A stretch of DNA of 63,335 nucleotides, filler included, from Lenisia limosa (Eukaryota; Protista; Breviatea), in assembly GCA_001655205.1 (NCBI GenBank). It is 9 parts of 9 records of this genome, joined end to end, with 100 filler letters (N's around TTAATTAATTAA, not from the genome) between each part and the next. Parts side by side here need not be neighbours in the genome. Positions count along the whole stretch, not along the records: positions 47,959 to 53,673 come from LPNZ01001135.1; positions 53,774 to 56,282 come from LPNZ01010351.1; positions 56,383 to 59,578 come from LPNZ01000988.1; 6 more parts are not named here. One strand, 5' to 3'. The position numbers were made by a program, and so were the translations under genes. Shown piece after piece: positions 47,959 to 59,678 of the stretch. Position 1 is the first letter of the stretch. Each line of letters opens with the position of its first letter. A model generated the notes under the pieces. The model had not been told where the DNA came from. It searched no databases and saw only the letters and a program-made list of their open reading frames with translations.

Positions 47959-50250
47959 CACCAATTAAAAAACTGATACCTACTCTGATAGGCATCTTTT
48001 GAGACTCACGCGCCTCCATTTCCTCAATCTGCTTCAGTGCAGTCATGAAATCCGACTCCTCTTTCGCCTCCATGCTCTGTTTACTCAGCATTATGGCCTT
48101 ATTTAGAGACTCATCGTCATCGTCGAGATCGAGATTGGTAGAAATTCCTCTTCCAAAAACACCAGCCTTGTCAACGTCTTCAAGAGGAGCTTTATCGGGT
48201 TTTGAAGGGGCTTGTTGCACATAAGAGGGGGCGATCTCTGGCTTGGCATTTTCGACAGCGTTTGCATCTTGCTTATTCATGGTATCAAGAGAGGGTACTT
48301 GACAAAACTGCTGCAAACGGTCCATTCCTGGAAAGATAGAATTGCCATCGAGTATCCCCTTCGCAAATGCCAAAGAAATCCAGTTAACAGCATTCAAACA
48401 ATTGTCCGTTTCAAGTTCAGAAATGGCCAAGGTAACACTATCCGCCAGTTCGCGAATATGTGGTGCAAGTGTGCCCAACAATGCCTTATCACCCTTGGTA
48501 AGAAGGAACGTCAGGGCCTCTTCCACGGCCCTCGTCACACATCGCAGTCCGGACATTAGGCTCGACGGGAGAGTTTTGAATGTCGAGAATGCACACTCAC
48601 GACAGTGATGATCGATTTGATGGAAGATAGCGTTTCGAAGCGACTCGGATATACTACCAACTCGTAGGGCAGTGTCTTTACCTGATTCGGCATGCTCCAC
48701 TGAGTCAAAAATTACAAATTTAAGTGCATCAATGAAACCTGAAACAATGGTTTCCTTTGTCCATTGCTGGCTGTTTTTGCTGACAGGATCGGTTACCTCG
48801 TACAGCTCAGGTTGATCATTCGATGTGGCCTGCATGGGGGTTGTGCTTCTCGATTCACGATCAGATTCAGAATCACTCGAACTACTTTCATCGGAATCTG
48901 AGGCGGGTTCAAGACGTTGATCGGCAATAATCTTGTCGGAAATGGAGGGTTCCACAGCCGCCGTCGGCTCAATGCATGGGTTGATGTAAGGGTGTTCTTC
49001 GTCAAGAAGGGACTCGCTGTCGGAAGGTTCATCCTCTGATACGCCTTCTCCACTATTGTCGTCTTCTTGCTCTTCTTCTTCGCCTTTTTCTCCATGACCA
49101 TTCTTATCTTCTGAAATTGTTGTTGTTTGAGGCTTTTCAGGTGTTGAAACTTCCTTCTCAAGAACAGCTTTTCCATTCATTTCAACTTCTCTGTTATTTT
49201 TGAGAATGGCGTCATCTTCCTCGTTTCTCTCCCCTGAAAGCGCTCTTGGGGGCATCTTTGGGGCCTTCATAACAGGGAGGGGAATCTCAGGCAGACCTTC
49301 ATCATCGTTGATCAGCCAAATATCTTCCCAATCGTATGTATCCCTACAAGGATAAAATTTGACTTTGTGATGCTATAAACGAAAGAAACAAAGTAGCAGG
49401 TTAGGTGTTCTACAATCTAATAACAATATATTATTTATGGTATCAAATGATATTGAGATGGAAACTTTTTAAACACAGAAGAATAAAAAAACACTTACTT
49501 TGACTTTTCTGCCTTAGAAGCCTCAGGTTTTCTCTGATTCTCTCTCTTCTTGACGCTGCTTACTTCCTCCAGTGACTATAGTGAATTACTTGTTAAAAAA
49601 AAAACATAATTTTAGATAACTGTAGTAAATCTTAGCCGATTTTTACGAAAGGAAATATGATCCTGTCGGTCAAGACCATGCACATTCAAATAAAACACAC
49701 AAACAAGAGTATTATTTCATGTTCTATAAAACTTAAAATTCAGCATATCAGAGCAGAAACAAGGTAATAAGATAAACCCGGAACAGAAGAATGCTACACA
49801 TGCAATGACTCGTATCTCGATAGTCTTTCAACCATTCTATAAAGAGCATTGCCTACGCTGTCGTTACACAGGAGATTTAGCTTGAAGCGATCCTCGGTGC
49901 CATTGATGATGTACTGGTCAACCGCGCTCCATTTATCTTTGAAATCCTTATATAACGACAGCAGAGAGAGGATTCGTTTCTAAGAAAATGAGAAAAACAC
50001 TCCAAGAAGCAAAATTAGACAAGATTATTTCGATCGAAATAGCCCAACCTGTCAGAATGACTACGCAGAAATATGTTCGTATACCACGTTAACACTATGT
50101 TATCAGGTTCCCTAATATTATGAAATATTACTCTATCGAAAGACATATTGTGTACTTAGAATGACAAATTAATTTTCCGGAAAAGAATCCCTTCACAGCC
50201 TTACTTCAAGGTCTTCTTGCGCCAACTTGAACAGCTGAATCAATTCTTCC
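47959..50250 (-). CDS. Acidic protein with candidate C-terminal UIM motifs; 3'-truncated; may be the 3' part of the 50650-53560 gene
   Basis: A ~1.4-kb exon ends ...DDDDESLNKAIMLSKQSMEAKEESDFMTALKQIEEMEA, which is like the UIM pattern xEDExLxxAxxLS. Upstream exons: EELIQLFKLAQEDLE and DFKDKWSAVDQYIINGTEDRFKLNLL. Confidence 0.6.
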
Positions 50251-50351
50251 TGAAATGTGTTATGAGTTTAAAGTAACGTACAAAGGAAGGTTTATTGTAA
50301 AACAAACTCCAATTATCCTTTTTCGGCTCATCAAAGATAATTAGCAACAAC

Positions 50352-50450
50352 TAGGACTTCCCTACGGTCGGAAATATCCCGTGAAAATATCATTATTTCT
50401 TGAGGATTTATCTGGAAATTTAGTCTATTTTGGAGACCTAAGGCAAGCAC
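50352..50450. mobile_element. MITE-like family B copy (degenerate right end)
   Basis: taggacttccctacggtcgg...gaggatttatctgga...ggagacctaaggcaagc. Confidence 0.65.
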
Positions 50451-50649
50451 TTGCAATAACGTCAAACAAAGTCAAAACTACTTAGGCATCCCAGACCTTT
50501 GAATATCTAGATTACACTGATTAACAACAATTGAAATCGTAAAACAAAAAAAAAAGATATTTCGTTCTACCCCTCCATATTATTAACACAGCCACCCACC
50601 ACAGTTCTCTCTTCTATTTTTACTAATTTGTATTCATTTCCTTTGTCTT

Positions 50650-53560
50650 GTATTCAGTACATCTTAAAAAACAAAATTACAGCCTGTCCCACCTTGTCTT
50701 CACCACGCATACGGTTGAGGAGTTCAGCTTTCAATCGTTTCTTATCTTGCTCAGTCCTGAAGACAATGACTACTCTCCGATACACAAACACCCAATATAC
50801 GATGGCACTTTAAAACAAAATCGTAAAATTATGCTCATGTTTGTCGAATATTAGTCATAAGATGTATGAATGGGGCTGTAGGGAATATAAAAAGAGGTAG
50901 ATGGTTAAACAATTCGAATAGAAGAGGTCCATTCTTCAACAGAGTAGAGCATTTAAGATTTATCATTTGCCTTAAATCATATGATCCTAATGTGTATTTG
51001 TTTCCCTCGTCTCGAACCAATACATATTTTTTTTAAAAAAATCATTCTCTAACAATGAATAAACAACCTACCATGAGTTTCGGATTTCGTTGTATCGCTT
51101 TTTCAACACCTCTCTATATTCACGACCTGAATAATAAGCGGGGGAACATAATAGCCAGCCTCACTTCCGATAAATAAAGACCTGATAACTCCTCAATAGA
51201 CCATTCCAACTTACGGAATTCCGGAATTTCGAAAAACAATCCGAAATTCTGACTTAACTCATATGAAGCGATACAAAAATACACTACTGCACAACTAATA
51301 TTAGATATTATATGATATATCGATATATGTTAAATAGTAAATAGGGCTTCCCTACGGTTCCAACAAAGACTAAATTTCTCGATAAATCTCGATAATTTAG
51401 CGGTATTTTTCGGACGTAGGGGAGCCTTATTAATCGCTAATAAAATATATACATGTATGTATGAAAAAAAAATGATAATTACATAAGACAGAGTATGCTG
51501 ATATTTTCCAACGCCATTGCGCCCACTTTCCTCCACGCTCAAGTTCACGGGGTCAACTTCGTCATCCCCCTGTTCCTTCTCATCATCAGACACGTCACTA
51601 ATTAGTTGAAGCTCAATGTGCTTCTTCTTGGGCTTTGTTTGGGCCTGAATCGTGTTAAATGACAAAACCATTATCAAGACTTAATTGAGATAAATAAATT
51701 TTCTTAAAATATTGACAACCTTAAAAAAAAAACTATGAGAGAAGATATACCATGCAAGCATACTTTGATAATACTTTGTATATTAATATAATATCTAGCT
51801 ATATCATATATTATATCAAGATAATAACATTATTTTCTTTTGTCTTCAGCGTAGGAAGAAAAGTGCCTCCAATATTATGAAAAATCAGAATGAACGAACT
51901 ATAACACAGCGCACCATTTCTTGCTGGGGTGGCACCTCATCTTCCCTTTGGTCTTCCTCATTCATATCATCTGCTCTTTCCTCTTCTTGCATTTCATCAT
52001 TTCTTTCCTCTTCTTGCATATCATCTTTTCTTTCCTCTTCTTCTATTTCATCTTGTCCGGAACCCACCTCTTCCGAACTCTCTCCTAAGCCTTCAACAAA
52101 CTCCACCCCACTCTCATCATCTGCATCTGCAGCATTATCGTCAAATATATTGTGGCTTAAGCCGACAGGTTTCTCTTCGTCAACTTCAACTTCCTCTTCA
52201 ACTTCCTCATACTCATCATTGCCTTCTTCCCCCTCCTTCTCCTCTTCGCTGCCGTTGTCACTCGAATCACCTTCGGTCTGAATTCCTTCCTTTTGCTGCG
52301 AATCATCTTCTGTCTGAATTCCTTCCTTTTGCTGCGAGCTACTTGACGAAGATTGGCCCTGACTTTCAGGAACACTGAAAACATCATTCTGGAAGAAAAG
52401 CGGTGTGAAGGTTTCCGCTGGTGATGCTGGGACCATGTTAACTTCGTCATCGCTGTCTTGAATGGGCGAAGGCTGCAGGCGGCTCTTATTTGGGGAGCTC
52501 TACACCTGTTACATTTTTTGTTTTCATACTAGTCCTGAAACAACAAGAACAAATTTCTCAAAAACTATAAAATTGATACTATTAGGACGAAGTGAAGTAA
52601 ATTTTCCGCGGACATGGGAAAATACTAAAACAAGTACATCAAAAAAACAAGAACAAAACCTTTATTTATGAGAGAAACCGAAGACACTAGCATCCCCGCA
52701 AACCCCGCTTTGATCTGCTAGCGTTTTAGGCTGGGAACCATCAAAAAAGGGGTCATCGAGACTGTCCAAGCTGAGGAGCTGGCTGTCTGAAACTGACCTC
52801 GGCTGGCTCAGCTTGGCCCTATCCTGTTTGCTCTGGTCCTCGGCATCCCTCTGCGTAATTAAAAAGGGTGTGGTTTAAGCAGGAGCTCATTTTTGGACCA
52901 AGAAGACGAGGAAATTTCGAATGTTTATCGAAGTTTTATCAAAAATTCATTATTATTTGAACCGAAACTGAAGCTCAATTCAATCGGATTTCCCTTTAAC
53001 ACGAGTAATCACTGTCAGTGTGAACCTATGTTGGTGTATGTACATATTCATGTATTATGTGTGCTTATTATCTGGCCAACACCTTTTATACCATCAGACA
53101 CATAATGAAATGCTGATTTTTAGTATATAGAAATTTAATCCACCCAATCATCACAATATGTCCCAAACAATCTATGGGAAAATTAAACATTTATGTGAAT
53201 TTCATTTCCCCAAGAGCAGCCAATGGCTCAGTGAAAAGCCAAACTCTCCTTACCTCCCCTCTCACATCAGATAGAGAGTCGTCATACTCGACCTCCAGCG
53301 GGTAGCTATCATCGCACGATGTATCAGCAGCAATATCAGAAACCTCAGCAGTTGCATGTTTAACGAGATTTGCTGATTGGTAGTCCTTGAGATCCTTGTT
53401 TTGTAATGGAACGTCATCGTGCTTGTCCGTTGTGTTCCTGGTGGTTTCTTTTTGGTTCGCTCCTTCGGAAATGTTGGTAGTTGGGACGGCGGCTGCAGTT
53501 GCTTCTTCGGGGGTTTCGACTATAGGAATGATTACAAGAATAAAATGAAACGAGAGGAAA
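50650..53560 (-). CDS. Highly acidic low-complexity protein exons with short coding repeats
   Basis: Exons ETPEEATAAAVPTT..., SQLLSLDSLDDPFFDG, the 51885-52436 acidic exon with QQKEGIQTE(D/G)DS x2 and QEEERxDxM x3, KKKHIELQLISDVSDDEKEQ, and KKRLKAELLNRMRGEDK. Confidence 0.55.
51342..51429. mobile_element. MITE-like family B copy
   Basis: tagggcttccctacggttcc...tctcgataaatctcga...cggacgtaggggagcctta. Confidence 0.75.
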
Positions 53561-53673
53561 GGTGGGCAGAAAATCACCCAAATGTTTAAAAATACACTCT
53601 TTTCATCTTCAAATTATTTATCATAGATAATTGTAAAAACACTCCAGATCTCATATCGCTGACGTATTTGTTC

Positions 53674-53773
53674 NNNNNNNNNNNNNNNNNNNNNNNNNNN
53701 NNNNNNNNNNNNNNNNNTTAATTAATTAANNNNNNNNNNNNNNNNNNNNNNNNNNNNNNNNNNNNNNNNNNNN
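53674..53773. other. Artificial contig spacer N44-TTAATTAATTAA-N44
   Basis: Same 100-bp structure. Confidence 0.97.
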
Positions 53774-53789
53774 GCCCCCCCCCCCCCCA

Positions 53790-56200
53790 CTCTGTGGTAG
53801 TAATGCTAGTGATGGTGATGTAACAGCCTCAACTCCTTCCGGATGCTTCATCACGGCTGTGAGGTTAAATAGAACGAAAAACCCAAAACTGATTATGTAC
53901 ATTAAAGGAGATCGTTACTCAACTTATATAGATAATAGCAGGGCACTAATTAAGCGATTTTCAACAATATGATTAAAACACTCGAAAATCAGAGGCTTGT
54001 AAAAAAAGCAAAAAAAAANNNNNNNNNNNNNNNNNNNNNNNNNNNNNNNNNNNNNNNNNNNNNNNNNNNNNNNNNNNNNNNNNTTTTCGATGGGTACAAA
54101 TTTGGACATTTCAACTAAAGTCATTCTGCCATCTCCTATCCAACTCTGCATGAGTCCGACCCCTATCTTGTGGGGTGGTCGAAATTAAGGCGGAGTAGAG
54201 TTCAGGAAGATTCGCTATTAGCCACCTTGATCCCGTGGTGATCGATTGATAGTACCTTCCTCAAATTTCTACCATTTTATCATTTAAGTTCCCTAAAATA
54301 ATTTTATTATTTTCAAGGCATTGTCATTCTGTGTACAATCTCTCCGTTTGAAGCTGTGATTCTGAGTTGGTACTTCATTGAAATCCCCCAACCATGAATG
54401 CATTTGAGAGACTGTCTGACATGCTCCAGAGCCTCATCAAACTTCTTTGACGACTCTAAACTGTGAGACTGTGCTGCGGATTTCTATACAATTTGTTTAT
54501 GTTATGCCTAGAAGGTTCTATTGAGGCATTGCTTTGGTGTTTAAAGCTTGTCTAAAACACCAAGAAGGATTTGATTGTTATTAATCATATGTTCTCACAA
54601 GTTGTTCGAATTTTGATCACCCCTCCCTCAAACGCTTCTTCTTGTCTGTAAGAGTGGCAAGGTTTTGAGTAAGAATTTCAAGGAGAATCTGAAGTCCCCC
54701 TAAACCATTAGGGGGGGTAAAATGAAGAGTAAAATTGGGGAATTTATGAAACAAAACAACCCAAATCAACTTTGTTGGCTGACAACACACAAGGATTGGC
54801 NNNNNNNNNNNNNNNNNNNNNNNNNNNNNNNNNNNNNNNNNNNNNNNNNNNNNNNNNNNNNNNNNNNNNNNNNNNNNNNNNNNNNNNNNNNNNACAACTC
54901 TGCGCGTGCCTCCCCAGCATACCTACAAGGATTAGATTCATGAATAAGGATAATAGCCCAGGTAAGCTCTCCTAAATCCGTCTGATGCCACAGATTCAGG
55001 AGGCGCCAGAGAGTTAGAATTGCAGGCATCAAAGGCTTTATAGAATACTTCGTAAATATTGATAACGTCCTCAAAGGAGAACAGATTATAAGCGGCTCAA
55101 CAGTAGGACTAGGTCTCAAGTGGGGAGATCCCCTTGTCTATGAGGCTGTTGAGGTTGCTTAGGAGAAGCGTCCTCAGTTTTGTTCGATGGGGTGTCATTA
55201 AATGCAAACTTAAGAATTCACACAATCATTGCAGGAGGAGAGATACACAAAGACGTAATTCCCCTTACATAAAACAGATAATATATCACGCAACACACAC
55301 CAGGACCCAACTCAATATTCATTACAACTAGGACTTCATTCCGATCCAGTGAATCAGTATATCAATCATCGATATATTTCGATAGATTACCATGCGCTAA
55401 ATTCAACAAAAGGATTCAAGGCACCCTCCCCGAAAGTGGGGAAAATGTTTACTGTAAAAAATAAGCCTGAGCTTTCTTTTGAGAACATTCTACGTGAGAT
55501 CATCGTTTTATACTGTTTTTCCCAAACATAACCAAAGCAATTTTATAATAACGTTGTTTCAATAATAACAATAAGTCCACTCACCGCCAGTAATAAACTC
55601 AGCCACCCATTCGCGGGGTCTCCACAGCAACTCAATCTGAATTGTAAGACAACAATCCAGGTGAAGATACCTTTTATATCGAAATCAAAAGAGTATTCAA
55701 TCCATTTCCTCCATAAAGTTTGATTATACATGTATCTGGGGTATTTGTGGACTGAGAGTAACTATTGTCATATTATGTGTAACAGGACAGTAAAAGTGAG
55801 AGTTGCAAAGAAATGATAATATTTGAAAGTTCATGCACCCACCTTGAGAATCTTCAAACTGGCCACTTTCGGTTTCTTCTTCAGAAAGCTGACAAACGAA
55901 GAGGGTCCTACAACAGTTTTAAAAAAACCGTTCAGTATCAACAACACACGCTAATAAATTGGCATGTTGATAACAACCGTAATTAAACGTCTAACAATCT
56001 GAAAGATGCATCATATTCAAGCGGACCATGAACTAGCCAATCTCCTCACCTCCTTTATTGAGCTTTTTATTGAGCTTTTTTGATATTTCCGATTCGAACT
56101 CCTTCTTATGCAGACACAGGAGGCTCCACTTCTGGTCTTCCGGCATATCCTTCATCATCTAAGGTGTCAGCAAGAAGAAGGCGAGGGTCCAATACAAGGG
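53790..56200 (-). CDS. Hypothetical helical-repeat protein, partial; weak formin GBD-like motifs
   Basis: Exons MMKDMPEDQKWSLLCLHKK and ELLWRPREWVAEFITGG resemble the Drf_GBD motifs MxxLPxEKKW and SWVxxFxxxGG. Other exons are ILLEILTQNLATL and KKFDEALEHVRQSLKC. The assignment is inference only. Confidence 0.3.
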
Positions 56201-56282
56201 GGATGTGTACAGGTTGAAACAAAGCAACACAAGGCTCAACAACTTGATGAGATGGGGGGGGGGGCTTAAGAAACAAAGCAAC

Positions 56283-56382
56283 NNNNNNNNNNNNNNNNNN
56301 NNNNNNNNNNNNNNNNNNNNNNNNNNTTAATTAATTAANNNNNNNNNNNNNNNNNNNNNNNNNNNNNNNNNNNNNNNNNNNN
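56283..56382. other. Artificial contig spacer N44-TTAATTAATTAA-N44
   Basis: Same 100-bp structure. Confidence 0.97.
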
Positions 56383-56399
56383 AAACAGGCAGTAATTCT

Positions 56400-57890
56400 T
56401 GGGGGAGGGGGAGGGTTCCACAGTGGGGGACACTCAAAAGCATGAATGTGCAATTACTGAATGGCATCAATCCTAATATTAGAAGAAAAAGGGAAAGTGC
56501 CCGCCTACAAACTGTCCATTCCTGATTCCAGCACTCCAGTTGCCACGGTACTAAAACAGTAAAAAAGAATAACAAAATAAAAATAAAAATAATAAAAAAA
56601 AAGGGGGGGGGGGATGCAAAATTAGGAAACACAAAACTCCCAAAATAATCAATTCTGTTGGTAAAACAATTGAGAAACTTTCTAAAGAGGGGAAAAGAGG
56701 AACACAACAAACAATTGAGAAACATTCTAAAGAGGGGAGAAGAGAAACACAACAAACAATTGAGAAACATGCCTGAGGGGAGGAGGAACACAAAAAACAA
56801 AGCAAACACAAATTAAAGAAAACAATACACCCCAGAAGCAAAAAGAAGAATATCATTAGTAGGACTTCCCTACGGTCCTAAAAAATATCATATTTATCAA
56901 GGATTTATCGAGAATTTCAGTCAATTTTGGGACGTAGAGAACCCCTAACATAAGTCATTACTTGCGTATGAAAGACCAATTTTATTGTTATATTTCACAC
57001 TTTTCGGTTTTAAAAGTCATAAATACGAGGATTTGATAAATTCCTTGATTTCAGCCGATTCCTTTAGAGTATTGATCGCTGTAATCATTGGTTCTTTGCA
57101 AACAGCAAGCAAAACTCAAATCAAATAAAACACTTCACAACATATTTGACGCAGTTGTATGAAATGTTTGAAGAATGGAAGTCGTGCACAGGACAACAAC
57201 AGTCCTCCCCATGATAACAATACCAAAATAAAAAAGTAGCAAATATGAACTACAAGAGTGCTTAGCTTTTCCCACTCCCACCTCCACACCGCTTGCGCTT
57301 TCCTTGAACACGCCCATGCCGTCTTTCTTTCCTTCCGCCCACTGTCCATCGTAGGAGTCTCCATTGGTGTAGGAGTAAACACCAGCTCCTGTCAAGATCA
57401 ATATCAACCTCAAGACAGTAGCATTTTGAACCATTATTTTCTTGTATTGTAAGACCAAGAAAAGTATTGTTTGAAGAGTTTCAGCAAGACCCGCCCTCAT
57501 ACCATGACGTTGGTTATCAACCCAAGATCCGGTGTAAACTGAACCATCGGGGTAGGTCATCGTTCCTTCGCCGTTCTTCCTGTTTTCTTCCCACATTCCC
57601 TCGTAGCGAGCGCCGCTCTTCACGAAAACGTAAGTTCCTACACCGTTAGACCAGTACAAGTCGTTGTGGCAGCCTACCCTTTCCATTCCGCATTCCGTTT
57701 GAGTATTCTCCATGGTAGATGTCTCCTGAAGGGAGAACAGCCTTTCCTTGGCCATGGCGAACGCCCTCTTCAGTCCGTTCTCCTTCGTAGAGCTATAATT
57801 GTCAAATATTTCATTGTTTTCCGTATCATTTACCCCAAGGCTGGGACCAGCATCGCTTCTTTCGTCATCAGAGCCAGAGTAGTCAGACAT
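56400..57890 (-). CDS. RSPH1: Radial spoke head 1 homologue (MORN repeats), 3'-partial
   Basis: MSDYSGSDDERSDAGPSLG|LYEGERTEEGVRHGQGKAVLPSGDIYHGEYSNGMRNGK|GTYVFVKSGARYEGMWEENRKNGEGTMTYPDGSVYTGSWVDNQRHG|AGVYSYTNGDSYDGQWAEGKKDG...|YRGNWSAGIRNG. The acidic leader and YEGxRNExGxRHG start match RSPH1. Confidence 0.87.
56663..56795. repeat. 45-bp minisatellite, 3 copies, in an RSPH1 intron
   Basis: CAATTGAGAAAC recurs at 56667, 56712 and 56757. Confidence 0.88.
56860..56947. mobile_element. MITE-like family B copy
   Basis: taggacttccctacggtcc...aggatttatcgagaatttcagtcaattttgggacgtagagaaccccta. Confidence 0.72.
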
Positions 57891-58299
57891 TGTGAAGTTT
57901 ATTGGGTATTCTAATTGTTTAAGGGACTATACTATGTATTCTTATTCACTCTAAGTGCTCGCAAAAAGTGATTTTTTTTTTATTTTGCTCACATTTGTCC
58001 TCTGCAGGTTACTGTATTTATACCAACTCAAAATTATCATTCATATGGATAAATTGATGATAGTTACTAGATTGTTTTTGTTTTGTTGATGAGTTATTAA
58101 ACAAGAAAGTTGCAAAAGTTCTGTCAGTGTTCGCATTTTTTTTGTTTCTATTTCTGAGAATCGGCCACATTCTTCTGGGCACGATTAATCACCTCACACT
58201 TGAGTTTCGCGTAGTTTTTGGAACCATTTTCAAATTGGGTTTCTAGAATGCCTTCGCCCACTTTACAAAGCCACAGTGAACTTGTAAGCAGTTACCATG

Positions 58300-59578
58300 C
58301 TGGGGACAGCTTTAATCATTATAAACTGATGCAATTAGCACATCAAATGAAAGATCATGCTCTTGTGTTTTGTTTCTCTGCTTGTTTCAACAAAGATGTT
58401 TGGCCTAGCTCTTTCCAAAGCGCAATTATAATGTTAAATATGGGCTTTAATTCAATTATCACCCTTTTCTCACGCAAATTGCCTTGAATTGACCTTTTTG
58501 TAGAGCCCCTGCGGAGTTGAAGTTGTAGTTCCCGCTCCACCTCTACCACCAACACTTGCTCCACCAAATCGAAACGATTTGAGCGCTGGTCCTTCAATAT
58601 CCGGTCTACTGGGATGCCCTACTGAACTCATTATCCTCGTTTCCATTAGCCCTTCCCCTTGCTCTTCCCCCTTATCCACATAATAATCTTATAATTTCTC
58701 ATTTGTTTCATTATAGGTTTCTCCCTTGTTACCTTTTTCAGCATTCTCCTCCTCAAGGATCTCGGAAGACAGCTACAGCAACTACAGTTTCAACAAGTCT
58801 TCTTCTAGCTGTTTGTGGAGGGTGGTCTTAGTTGTCATGGGTGGCCAGTAATGAGCTTTTTCGTTCGCTTTATTTTGTAATGAATAAGCGTACTTTTCAG
58901 TTCGTGATTCGCCATTTATGCTTGTCTTCATCATCATGGCATTGTGTTACTTTTTTGGTTCGTAAAGCCCCCCTTTTTTTCTCTCTCATCAACTTACCAC
59001 AACCCAGTTCTCTCATCAACTTACCCACAACACAGTTCTTTCCTTCGATCAGAACCAAAGCGAAACCGGCTCCATTGGCACGCGCTACCGCAAGCAGCGC
59101 AAACTCCTTTGGACGTCTCGCCTTGTCCTGATCATCTTCTTCAGTATAGGTACCGTGTGGGTTGGGATGGCAATTACTGTTGTGTATACAGATCATCTTC
59201 TTCAGTGTGTGTGGGTTGGGATGCAGATAAATGCTGTTGTGCATACGTCTCAAATAATACATATAGCTATATATAAATGAATTAATGTTGGGTGTGGGTT
59301 GGGATGCATGTAAATCACTCTTGTGCACATATGTCTGTTGAGTGCGGGTTGGGTTGCATATGTTGACAGTCTTGTAGAAGCTGGAACAAAATATGACACA
59401 AGCTTCCCTTTTCCTCGATAAGCGCCGATATTCGATCGTCTTTTCCGGGGCAGAAAACAACCCTTGCCATGACCATCATAGACTATGTGCCGTCATCAGC
59501 GCCTCTATCGCCTTCCATTACGGCAACACCAACATCGAAGCCCTCTCAAATGCTGTCGGACAGAGTGTGGCTACAGCC
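58300..59578 (+). CDS. Hypothetical membrane protein, partial
   Basis: GT-AG-flanked hydrophobic exons RDSPFMLVFIIMALCYFL and GTRYRKQRKLLWTSRLVLIIFFSI, then an S/T/P-rich segment running into the spacer. Strand assignment is moderately certain. Confidence 0.3.
59120..59360. repeat. Degenerate ~52-60-bp tandem repeat with core GTGTGGGTTGGGATGC (4 cores)
   Basis: Cores lie at ~59155, 59208, 59292 and 59342. The intervening sequences are themselves homologous (gatcatcttcttcagt; ctgttgtg(c/t)atac). Confidence 0.75.
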
Positions 59579-59678
59579 NNNNNNNNNNNNNNNNNNNNNN
59601 NNNNNNNNNNNNNNNNNNNNNNTTAATTAATTAANNNNNNNNNNNNNNNNNNNNNNNNNNNNNNNNNNNNNNNNNNNN
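59579..59678. other. Artificial contig spacer N44-TTAATTAATTAA-N44
   Basis: Same 100-bp structure. Confidence 0.97.

Noticed and set aside
46578-52378. Long plus-strand ORFs (46578-47021, 48212-48559, 51877-52281, 51929-52378)
   Set aside because: They are Ser/Leu/Phe-rich antisense shadows of acidic minus-strand exons.
58740-58810. In-frame TAG codons (LLKL*LL*LSSEILEEE) hinting at stop-codon reassignment
   Set aside because: The region is better explained as a plus-strand gene. Conserved genes here end in TAG (eIF1), TAA (CLN3, FNT) and TGA (SFSWAP, PIG-F) and show no internal stops once spliced.
59120-59360. Repeat-spacer pattern (GTGTGGGTTGGGATGC cores) suggesting CRISPR or telomeric repeats
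   Set aside because: The spacers are homologous to each other, so it is a degenerate tandem duplication. There is no run of short telomeric units.
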